Shown here piece by piece: positions 1-18,284 of a stretch of 64,000 nucleotides of DNA (its first letter is position 1; the number at the start of each line of letters is the position of its first letter). The position numbers were made by a program, and so were the translations under genes. Below the pieces are notes generated by a model that did not search any database, had not been told where the DNA came from, and saw only the letters and a program-made list of their open reading frames with translations. This DNA comes from Macrostomum hystrix. Its lineage: Eukaryota; Animalia; Platyhelminthes. The DNA lies in NCBI GenBank assembly GCA_950097015.1, contig CATNEN010000038.1:4216001-4280000 (forward strand). The letters are read 5' to 3'.

Positions 1-470
1 TACTATCTAACAGGTCGCACATACTATCTAACAGGTCCCACATACTATCTAACAGGTCCCACATACTATCTAACAGGTCCCACATACTATCTAACAGGTC
101 CCACATACTATCTAACAGGTCGCACATACTATCTAACAGGTCGCACATACTATCTAACAGGTCCCACATACTATCTAACAGGTCCCACATACTATCTAAC
201 AGGTCCCACATACTATCTAACAGGTCCCACATACTATCTAACAGGTCCCACATACTATCTAACAGGTCCCACATACTATCTAACAGGTCCCACATACTAT
301 CTAACAGGTCCCACATACTATCTAACAGGTCACACATTCTATCTAACGGGTCGCACATACTATCTAACAGGTCACACATACTACCTAACAGGTCACACAC
401 ACTATCTAACAGGTCACACATTCTATCTAACAGGTCGCACATACTACCTAACAGGTCACACATACTATAC
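1..470. repeat. Minisatellite, 21-bp unit (tactatctaacaggtcccaca), probably intronic to the ceramidase; runs off the window start
   Basis: Direct tandem repetition of about 22 copies. Confidence 0.95.
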
Positions 471-918
471 AACTATATAGCCAAGTTAATAACTACAGCC
501 AAGTTAATATCGGACGGCGCAAAAACTGAGTGCCGGAAAAGTGCGCGAGTTCTCTCAAGTACCCGAAGACTACTCTGAGAGTGTGGAAAGATTGGGACCA
601 TTTTTGTATCGATCTGTGGCTTGGGTACAGCTGCAGTCATTCTGAACTACGAACTTATTACTTAACGGTTTGACTTTGCGCAGCACTGATATAGCAATAG
701 GCAACTGCAAGAAAGTACTGACGAAACAAAATAAGTGAAAAAAAGCTGTACGTAATAGCGATTGTAGCTGAGGCTGCGCCACTAGCATCTGGCCCAGCTG
801 TGTTACGTATCATTTTTAGCACAATAGAGAAATCTAGCCGCAACTATTCAAAATGCCCTACTTACAGTAGCTAGTTGCAATCCTATTTGGCAATCTTATT
901 TAATTACAATGCATGCAG

Positions 919-3900
919 ATGGGCTATGCTCACGCACGGCTCTCCGGCTTGCACACGCGGCTATTCAGCCGGGCCTTCACCTTTCGCGATTACAAAGGCA
1001 ACTACGCGGCCTACGCTGTGCTGGACCTAGCCATGGTGTCACATTTGCTGGCCTTTACTGTGAGTAGTGCAATTTGCGCATTCTCTTTCGAAATTACGAA
1101 ATGACGACAAGAAACGAAAAATGTAACATCTAGAAAATTGGATTGATAGGCAGAAATTAGATAGATGCGAAAATTTCTCCTTGCCGCTTCAGGTGGGAAA
1201 GTGCATCTCGAAAGTCACTGACGGCAGGTACGCGGAGTCGAACGTGATGTTGTCTGCCACTCACACTCACGCTGGACCGGGTGGTTACAACCAGGATTTG
1301 TTTCTGGCGCTCAATAAGCCTGGTTTCGATCGAGAATATTTCAACTACATTGTGGACGGTGTCGTGCAGGTCATTTAGGGAATATGTCTAACATGTTCGA
1401 TTCTTTAACAATCTAACATGTTCTATTCTCTAACTGTCTAACATGTTCGATTCTCTAACTGTCTAACATGTTCTATTCTCTAACTGTCTAACATGTTCGA
1501 TTCTCTAACTGTCTAACATGTTCGATTCTCTAACTGTCTAACATGTTCTATTCTTTAACAATCTAACATGTTCTATTCTCTAACTGTCTAACATGTTCGA
1601 TTCTCTAACTGTCTAACATGTTCTATTCTCTAACTGTCTGACATGTTCGATTTTCTAACTGTCTACCATGTTCTATTCTCTAACTGTCTGACATGTTCGA
1701 TTCTCTAACTGTCTAACATGTTCGAGTTTTTTTATTTTAAAGACAAAGCCAAAACCTAAAACTGACTCAAACTAGAGCATACTGCAAGCGGACCGGTCCC
1801 TAACCCCGGCTCGAGTGCTGTCCAATAGCGGTGAGCTGTACAATGCCAGCGTGAATAGGCACCCGCATCAGTACCTGCTCAACCCTCCAGAGGAGAGGGC
1901 GCGGTAAGAACTTTAAAAATATTTTTTGGTTTTACAGTATGAGTAAAAAATTGCTAATATTTCTACTCTAAGTAGTGTAGTTCAGAAAATCTCGCAGTTA
2001 ATTAGTTATTATTTTAATTGATCCATAAGTTTTCGACTCCAAATAGAAACTAGCTTTAGTATTCTCTGAAGAAACAGAGATTGAACATTGCCCAGTAGCA
2101 TCACATGTACAGCCAGTGGGCTGGAATTCGAACTGCCGACCTCTGTGGTATTTAGATCATTGTAAATGATAATTATATTTTAAGAAAAGCCTTAGAAAAT
2201 GTAAGCATTCTGCAAACGAAAATATTTTCTCAGCTACCCGTCGAACGTGGACACCGAGATGTACCTGCTGAGATTCGACAACGCGCTGACGGGCGCTCCA
2301 ATAGGGAGCATCGCCTGGTTCCCGGTCCACGGCACCTCGCTGAAGGTTGCCAATCAGTACGTCAGCGGCGACAACAAAGGCGTGGCCAGCCAGCTGATGG
2401 AGAGGCACTTCAACAGCCGCGCTGACGGCGGCTCATTTGTTGCCGCATTCCCGCAGTCGCATTCCGGCGACGTGACGCCCAACACTCGCGGCGTGTTTCG
2501 ATTCACTCCTGGCGAGGGCGAGGGCGAGGATTGGAGCGATGGGGCTGCTGCGCCGTGCAACGGCTCCGCCTTGGTGAGCAGTCTGTGACCGGAATGCGGG
2601 ATTTGCACGGCCAATGACAGGAATATGAGATTTGCACGGTCCATGACAGGAATATGAGATTTGCACGGTCCATGACAGGAATATGAGATTTGCACGGTCC
2701 ATGACAGGAATATGAGATTTGCACGGTCCATGACAAGAATAAAAGAGATTTGCACGGTCCATGACAAGAATATGAGATTTGCACGGTCCATGACAAGAAT
2801 AAAAGAGATTTGCACGGTCCATGACAAGAATATGAGATTTGCACGGTCCATGACAAGAATAAAAGATTTGCACGGTCCATGACAAGAATAAAAGAGATTT
2901 GCACAGTCCATGACAAGAATATGAGATCTGTACGGTCCATGACAAGAATATGAGATTTGCACGGTCCATGACAAGAATATGAAATTTGCACTGTCTCTGA
3001 GCAGAACGGAAGATTTGCACTGTCTGTACGAGCGTATATGAACAGAGAGAATGTGAGAATGGGAGATATGAGAATGGTCTATGAACATAGTGGGAGATTG
3101 GCTGGTAGATTTACTCTGTCTATGGCCAGAGAAGATTTTGGCACGATTTCAAATAGTCTTTAGCTGGCTTCGCCTGAATAGCCACTAATAAAACGAATGT
3201 CTGACTGCTCAGTGCTCAAACTCCAAACATCCATCCGACCAGAACACATTCGAGTGCGAGTCGAGGGGCCCCGGCGCGGATCAGTACGAGAGCGTCAGGA
3301 TTATCGGACAGCTGCAGTTCGACAAGGCGCTGGTCAGTTTTATGCACTTTTTCATAGTTTCAGTGTCTGCCTGTTTAGCAGAAATTAATGCTTGTTAGAC
3401 TGCCTACTATAGTTTTTTAGCATCTGTTAGACTTCTGTAACACCTGTTAGACATCTGTAACACCTGTTAGACTTCTGTAACACCTGTTAGACTTTTGTAA
3501 CACCTGTTAGACTTCTGTAACACCTGATGGACTTCTGTAGCACCTGTTAGACTTCTAACCTTTGGCAATAGAACTGGATTTCGCTGACCTCCTCTTGTCT
3601 CGCAGCAACTGCATCAATCAGCCACCCGGGAGCTGGCCCAGCCGCTGACTGTCTCCGTCATCCACGACACTCGCGACATCTCCGAAGAAGCTTTCCCGGC
3701 TGCGCTGGCCACGGTGAAGACATTCAGCAGCAACGATAGCGGACTTTTGAAAGCCTGCAGGGCGGCAATCGGCTACGCCTTCTGCGCTGGCACCGCTGAT
3801 GGCAGAGCTTTGTTCAGCTACTTTACCAACGGCAGGCAGCGGCCCAGCGTCCTGGTCGACGCTGTCAGGGACCTCCTGGCCAAGGTGACACCCGAGGATT

Positions 3901-6659
3901 CCGCCTGTCACGGATCGAAACGAATTTGCCTGAATGTTGGCAAAGTGAGTTCTTTTACCTGCTCATGGAGGTTCTGCCCCTCTCTCCCACCTGCTCACAG
4001 AGGTTCTGCCCCTCTCTCTCCCACCTGCTCATAGAGGTTCTACCCCTCTCTCCAACCTGCTCCTGGTGGTTCTTCCCCTCTCTCCCATCCCTCATAGAGG
4101 TTCTTCCCCTCTCTCACGCACTGCTCACCCGATTGCAGATTTTCTGGTCAGGGATTCCGTTTATGTCCAGCCAAATTCCAACCCAGCTGCTCAGGCTGGG
4201 GTCTGTGTTTATACTAGCCCTGCCTACCGAGGTCACAACAATGGCCGGCCGCAGACTGATCGACAGTTTGAGTCATGTAAGACTAGCCTCGCAATACTAG
4301 CTACTGTTGGTACTAATAGTACTAATACGGGTCGGTAACAGAGCGGTTAACGCGTTTGCCTCTCGCACCAAGGTCCACATTCATTTGGGGCGCAGCCGCG
4401 GAGAGAAGGCTTCGGTGCTTGTCGTGCAATTTAATCCCTTGAGGGCCAACCTCCAAGGCACAGTGAGAATGTACACTGCCTGACGATGAGAAAGTCAGGG
4501 CAGATGTACACACCTGCATGAGCGTGTGCCTGAGTACAGTATCTGTGTGCGTGTCTGCTCAGGAGTCAGCGAAATGGGCAGAATTGCCTCCTTGCTAGCT
4601 TCGGGTCTAGTGTCACCAAATGATGTACCATTGCCCACAGCCCTCCTGCAATTGTTATTATTATCTGTACTAATACTGGCTACTGTTAGTACTATCATTA
4701 GGTGATACCATTGAGTTCCAGACAAAAGGCTTCCCCAAGGATGGCAAAGTACTCATCAACGGACTTTCAAATGGCTACTACTTCTATGTGACAACTGAAG
4801 AGGAGTACAACGTGAGTACAGTTCACCTGAGTAGCTTTCACTGACTCACTAAACCCGCCTGCAGCCATCTGGCCTTGAACCGTCATAACTGCAGGGCAGC
4901 TACTATGAGGCTGGCGCCACCCTGTTCGGGCCGCACACCCTGAATTTCTACGCCTGGCACGCGGGTCGTCTGCTCCGGGCGGTCTTATCCAGCCCTGGCA
5001 ACTCGGGCGAATACCCACACGACAATGACGCCTTCCGGCCTCGGGCAACGCCCGCAGATTTGGACCGAAGTCAGCAGCTGGACTCCGTGTCAGGCGGCGA
5101 CGGCGGCGGCGCAGCCGATTTCGCCGGCTTCGGTGTCGAATTCGGGCAGCCAATTGTTCAACCGCGGAATTCGTACCAGCAGGTGAGCAGTCTAGTTTGA
5201 GCATTTAAAATAAATGTATTCCTCTGATGACTTTCTGATGACGGCTGTTCAGTCCATGGACTGGGGAGGGACGCCATGCTGGTACCCATTTAACAGCTCG
5301 GTGAACTGAAACAATGCAGAGTTAAGTGTCTCGCTAACAGACAGTTTTTTTTCCAGTGGAGTCGGGAATCGAACCCCTGCCCTTTAAGTCGTTAGTCCGA
5401 CGCTCAATCTACAAAGGTACAACCTCCTAAAATAAAATAATCTGACTCGATACTACTTATGATGCAAAGTAGTATTTGTGTATGTTGTGCGTGTAATATT
5501 TTTATCACATTAAAGAAGCATACATCTCGTAAAACTATCAAAATCTGAATATTTGCAATTTTTATAACTCGAAACAAAAGTACTATGTTTAAGATGTGAT
5601 TTATGAGATAAAATAGATTTAATTGTTCTATAGCTTTTAGCCATTTATTAATTGTCGATTTGTAATATTTTTTTAACTCAACCTTTATCGCATTAACCTT
5701 GAATAACTGTTTTAAGGGTGACAGAGTAGACCTGAAGTTTATTGCTTGCCATCCGAGAAATTCGTTTGGAATTCGCGGCCATTCATTTGTGCTGATAGAA
5801 CGATACAACACCGAGCTGCATCGGTGGCACACCGCTGCCGACGATAACAGCTTGGAGACCAGGTGCGACAACTTGGATACTAATTTGGTATCACCATAGG
5901 CTGGCATCATCATGACCAATTAATTCCATAAACATTCGCTCCCACAGATTTCGCTGGCTCAGGGCAGACTTTTTCCAGAGCGTGGCCCTGATTCGCTGGG
6001 ACATACCGGCCAATCAGCGGCCGGGAGACTATCGGGTCAGCTACCGGGGTCACTGTCGCACATTTGCATTCCTGACAGATGGGACTCTGGACTTTGACAG
6101 ACTGCTGATCAGTCGGCATTTGAAGTTAACTCCAGTCGAGGGAGTGTCCAGACGATTTCGAGTGGTTGCTAACAAAGAAAACAGCCAAATTATAATTGGA
6201 GGCAAGCTTCTTCTAAGTTTTTGAACTTTGTGCTACAGGCGGCTGCTTCTGCTTCTGACTTTGATGCCATTGCTGACTTAAAGAGGGTCAGGGTCTGGAT
6301 CAGCTTAGGACTGAGTTGGGTGCTTAAGTCTCAATTGGCTGAGGAGTGAGGTGGATGCATGCATGGGTTTTAATTGGCTGAGCAGTGAGGTGGGTGAAGA
6401 GGTCTGAATTGGCTGAGGAGTGAGGCGTGTGCAGAGATCTGGATTGGCTGAGCAGTGAGGTGGATGCCTAAAACCAATTAAATCGTGTTATCATATTTTA
6501 GCAGGATTAGGGCAGCAAGAATCTCCGGTGTCTTTAGCCTCATCATTGTCAGCTTCTGCAACTACACGTGTCAGCTCCGATTTGTGCCACAGGCGGCTGC
6601 TTCTGCTGCTGACTTTGATGCCACTGCTGACCATCTTCTTACTGGACTTGAGTCTATGA
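919..6659 (+). CDS. ASAH2: Neutral ceramidase (ASAH2/CDase family), 5'-partial. Exons read by eye: 919-1059, 1193-1369, 1776-1903, 2234-2573, 3243-3332, 3606-3944, 4139-4276, 4722-4811, 4895-5182, 5717-5862, 5948-6201 (or to the stop at 6224) and probable last exon 6505-6659
   Basis: Family motifs in order across phase-compatible GT-AG exons: MGYA..GLHTRLFSRAF, SATHTHAGPGGY, VNRHP, VHGTS..VSGDNKG, GDVTPN, AAIGYAFCAGTADG, PTEVTTMAGRRL, GLSNGY..YVTTEEEY, YEAGATLFGPHTL, WDIP..PGDYR. Confidence 0.9.
1385..1725. repeat. Intronic minisatellite, 25-bp unit (tctaacatgttcgattctctaactg)
   Basis: Tandem copies starting about 15 bp after the donor at 1370. Confidence 0.9.
2598..2992. repeat. Intronic minisatellite, ~29-bp unit (gagatttgcacggtccatgacaagaatat)
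   Basis: Tandem copies; they explain the repetitive minus-strand ORFs at 2354-3088. Confidence 0.9.
3420..3558. repeat. Intronic minisatellite, 20-bp unit (cacctgttagacttctgtaa)
   Basis: About 7 tandem copies. Confidence 0.85.
4329..4663 (+). mobile_element. Putative SINE-like insertion in a ceramidase intron
   Basis: tRNA-like 5' end (ggtcggtaacagagcggttaacgcg), several internal hairpins and a (tta)n-like tail; no clear B box. Confidence 0.35.
5278..5410 (-). mobile_element. tRNA-derived SINE with CORE/V-like central domain (partial)
   Basis: Minus strand reads a B box (ggttcgattccc) then acacttaactctgcattgtttcagttcaccgagctgttaaatgggtacc; homologous to 41497-41630. Confidence 0.7.
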
Positions 6660-7154
6660 ATGCTATACTCAAGTGGACTAGTCTCTTCTAGTGAAGAAGT
6701 TTCTGTTGAACTCTTACCCAGTTATCTGTTGCCTTATCTGTGGTCCATCCTTTGTTCAGGCACCGACTCGTGAATTAAGCTTATGTCTGCTGTTTTTGTC
6801 TTGTCAAATCTCTGCTTGGTATCATGCCTCTAAATATGTCCCACCCGTCCCTTCACTGTCTCTGCTTCTAACTCTCCCCTTGTTCTCTTGTTCTCTCATT
6901 GCATTGCCCATCCAATATACGCGGCTGTTTTCAGTGCAGCAACTTGTAAAATTAATAATTAATTATTTCTAGATTTTTCATATAAAAAATAGCACAAAAA
7001 TCACATATTTATTTTATTAGTTTTTTTCAATATTATAATGACTTTTTGGAACCATCCGACGTCATTTTTACCACGGCAAGATACGGACGACTTTGCTTCT
7101 AATTTCCATTATAAGAGTTGGGGTGGGTGCAGATGGTTTGGGTGTCGAACTCTG

Positions 7155-8152
7155 AGGTGGCTGCAGAGGGATGGGGTGGCTGCAGAGGGATGGGGTGGCT
7201 GCAGCGGGATGGGGTGGCTGCAGCGGGATGTGATCGTGCAGAGAGAGGGTGGCTGCAGAGGGATGGGGTGGTGCAGAGGGATGGGGTGGCTGCAGAGGGA
7301 TGGATCGTGCAGAGGGATGGGGTGGTGCAGAGGGATGGGGTGGCTGCAGAGGGATGGATCGTGCAGAGGGATGGGGTGGTGCAGAGGGATGGGGTGGCTG
7401 CAGAGGGATGGATCGTGCAGAGGGATGGGGTGGTGCAGAGGGATGGGGTGGCTGCAGCGGGATGTGATCGTGCAGAGAGAGGGGTGGCTGCAGAGGGATG
7501 TGATCGTGCAGAGAGAGGGGTGGTGCAGAGGGATGGGGTGGTGCAGAGGGAGGGTGGCTGCAGAGGGAGGGGGTGGCTGCAGAGGGATGGATGGTGCAGA
7601 GGGAGGGGTGGCTGCAGAGGGATGGATGGTGCAGAGGGAGGGGTGGCTGCAGATGGAGGGGGTGGCTGCAGAGGGATGCATGGTGCAGAGGGAGGGGTGG
7701 CTGGAGAGGGAGGGGTGGCTGCGGAGGGAGGGGTGGCTGCAGAGGGATGGATGGTGCAGAGGGAGGGGTGGCTGCAGAGGGAGGGGGTGGCTGCAGATGG
7801 AGGGGGTGGCTGCAGAGGGATGGATGGTGCAGAGGGATGGATGGTGCAGAGGGATGGATGGTGCAGAGGGATGGATGGTGCAGAGGGATGGATGGTGCAG
7901 AGGGATGGATGGTGCAGAGGGATGGATGGTGCAGAGGGATGGATGGTGCAGAGGGATGGATGGTGCAGAGGGATGGATGGTGCAGAGGGAGGGGTGGCTG
8001 CAGAGGGAGGGGGTGGCTGCAGATGGAGAGGGGTAATGCAGAGGGAGGGGGTGGTGCAGAGGGAGGGGTGGCTGCAGAGGGATGCATGGAGCAGAGGGAG
8101 GGGTGGCTGGAGAGGGAGGGGTGGCTGCAGAGGGATGGATAGTGCAGAGGGA
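7155..8152. repeat. G-rich compound minisatellite (gcagagggatggggtggct / gcagagggatggatggt variants) between the convergent ceramidase and MELK genes
   Basis: Degenerate tandem units; the six-frame ORFs here are repeat artefacts. Confidence 0.9.
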
Positions 8153-8919
8153 GTAGGACACGGGTGGTATTTCAAATACCCACATTTTATATTCTGTATC
8201 TTCGAATATATTCAACCAATCGCCATGAAATTCAGAACACGGGCAATGAAGTTCCGCTCTATCCGATGAAACAACTTCCAAAATCACAAAACATCGGCAG
8301 CGTCGGGGTGTCTCGTGGCCAAAACAAGCAATGCAGGCAATTTTCTTTTATACAAAATTGAGCTTTCACTGCCCTTTTCTCAACACCGACCACCTGTGAT
8401 TGAGAGAGTCAGAAAAAATGAGCCGTAAAAGAAAAAATAAAGAATCGGATTTTGTAGTGTTTTGTTGAGTACTTTTAGTTATTTAAAATACCTAAAGATA
8501 AGCAGTAAGTTTATTAATTGCAATACATGTGGTATAAAACGAAGTAGAATAGGTTCAAAGCTTCAAAGTTAAGATTGCTCCGGGTTCTGAGAAGCACCAT
8601 AGGGTAAGCAAGTTTTGTGTATAACACAATCGAAAATAAAATGCACAGAACAGTTCTGGACACTAATTATTCGGCTGAAAAAAATTAAGTAGAAAATTAT
8701 TGATATAAGCCTCAGAGGGACCTTTAAACTATAAAAGAATAAATAGTATAATATGCAGACAATTGCAAATGCAAGTTCAGTTAGGGCAAAGTGTCGACCA
8801 GCTGTCAGACCAGAAGTTCCTTGAACGATAAAGCAATCATGCATTATACATACAGGTGTGCGTCGTATTTACGTCATATAAAAAGACGTTGCTTTTACTA
8901 TCTATAGTCCGCACATTGG

Positions 8920-9232
8920 GTGTACATTATGCAAAGTACATCGAATGTACATCATGCAAGGTACATCGAATGTACATCATGCAAGGTACATCGAATGTAC
9001 ATAATGCAAAGTACATCGAATGTACATCATGCAAGGTACATCGAATGTACATAATGCAACGTACATCGAATGTACATAATGCAACGTACATCGAATGTAC
9101 ATAATGCAAAGTACATCGAATGTACATAATGCAACGTACATCGAATGTACATAATGCAACGTACATCGAATGTACATAATGCAAAGTACATCGAATGTAC
9201 ATTATACAACGTGCATCGAATGTACATTAGGC
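8920..9232. repeat. Minisatellite, 25-bp unit (gtacatcgaatgtacataatgcaac) with an internal palindrome
   Basis: About 12 tandem copies. Confidence 0.9.
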
Positions 9233-9496
9233 AAATGCACAACAAACAATTTAAATTAAATGCGTATTACGCCGAAAAAGTGGTTTAAATCGCAAGTCAA
9301 GTTTGAGCAGTAGAAAAAAAGATAATTCAAAGTAGCAAGCAAGACATTTCAAACGTTAGACAGTTTAGCAGGACAAGAACATACAGATCAATCTACTGAA
9401 CTATCCAATAATATAACACAAAAGCTTAGCCGATAGACAAACAAAAATAGAAATAAAAAATACTTAAATGAACAACTAGAACAAAAGAGACGCAGG

Positions 9497-16657
<7,161 letters not shown>

Positions 16658-18284
16658 CTAGAATAGAAAATATTAATTACTTAGCAAATTGTATGAACAA
16701 AATAATATAAAATGCAACATTATATTACTGTATCTTGTGTATTTAGATTATGCTAAATATTTATGACATCTTTGAAAAAATTTAATACTACATCTACATT
16801 TCAGAAAAGAATTAAAGGGCTTTTAATAGAAATGTTCAGAACTAGATAATTTTGCTACCCATTGCTAGTTTTAAAACAAATCAAATGCAACTAAAAAATG
16901 TAAGTCTACAGCTAGATTTTTTCATTTTACCTTGTCTAGCTAGATACATTTTGCTCAGATCAAAGTTTATAACACCTTTATATAGTTAAAACATTTCAAA
17001 ACAAGCATATATCTGTACCATGTTTTGGTATCAGATGTTTAAACACTTTTCAAATATACTTTAAACATAGCTAGCATAGCCAAATGCACAGGCAATAATA
17101 ATCAGATACTGTCAATTGGGAAGTAGTTTGACTTATTTATCAATAAATAGACATTTACATTGAATACTATCAGTTTTTTACAAAGGAAATACCCTTACTT
17201 TAAAATAAAACCAGTTAAAAGGAAGATGCCTTTAAGCAGTACATGGTACATGCCAATAACTTGCATTAAATTGCTAAGGTAATGTGGCATAGGCCTAGTG
17301 ATGATTCAAAATTACCTTTAGACTTAAATATTAAAATAAAAAATTTAACTTGTAGGCCTTACTTTTTCTTACAAAATCGAAGTCAAAATTTGAACCTGCT
17401 TCAACTCACAAAGGCACAAGAACAAAATACATTGACTATTTGTTATTTTAAAATAGTTTGAGGAAATTATATTTAAATTTGTTAAGATATAGACTAGGCC
17501 CTAGTCAAAACTTTTATTTCAATATCTAAGGTTTTCAATATCTTAGATATTTTAATATCTTATTAAGATAGGCCTAATCTCTTATCAATATCTTATTTCA
17601 ATATCTATTTTTTTAAATAAAATATTGAATCATAAAATTTGTTTCTTTTTTAATTGGTGTTTTAGATAGGCTTACAAACAAAATTAATAAGATTATGTCT
17701 AGGCGATTAAGGCCAAAGGGTTACGATGGTCCAGTCAATTGAGTGAGTCCACTCGTTTACTTTTCAAGCAAATGCATAGGAACAAAGTTAATAGACATTA
17801 TTGTCAATTTATATTAGATATAGCAAAATGAAAACATAAATAGCCATCCCGACCATCATAAATTGCTACTACGAAGATGTCACTACACTTAGTCCTAGGC
17901 CCTACTATAAAACAAATAAAAAATGCTAGGCATAATTGAGAAATATTATTATTAGCATCGTGAACAATCTTACGTAAAACATAAAAAAGTTAACTTCAAA
18001 TATAATTTCCATGGCCCTGAACTGCTCTTTTTTTCTTTCCAAGAATTGCAAGTATGACCCTAGATGCGTATATATTTAACTTAATGAATTAAAACTAATT
18101 GATAATATGCATTTATGCTCATACTGTCTCCTCTTGTTATAAAAATTCAAAGTTTAAGGATTATTTTAAGGATCTATAATACGTAGAAATAAAATCATTA
18201 ACTTCTTTTTTCTTGATGTTTTTGGAGGACGATCAATGCTGAGCTCGGGGGCTTCTGTTGGTGTGATGAGCGCGGACGAGAGCA

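Noticed and set aside
4478-4505. Hammerhead core (ctgacga..gaaa.gtc)
   Set aside because: No room for stems II or III; it is explained as a simple cctgac/gtcagg hairpin.
5340-5410. tRNA gene on the minus strand
   Set aside because: B box is present but there is no complete cloverleaf, and it continues into a SINE body shared with 41497-41630.
7038-8287. Long ORFs of 330-390 aa in five or six frames
   Set aside because: Translations of a stop-free G-rich minisatellite; no domain content.
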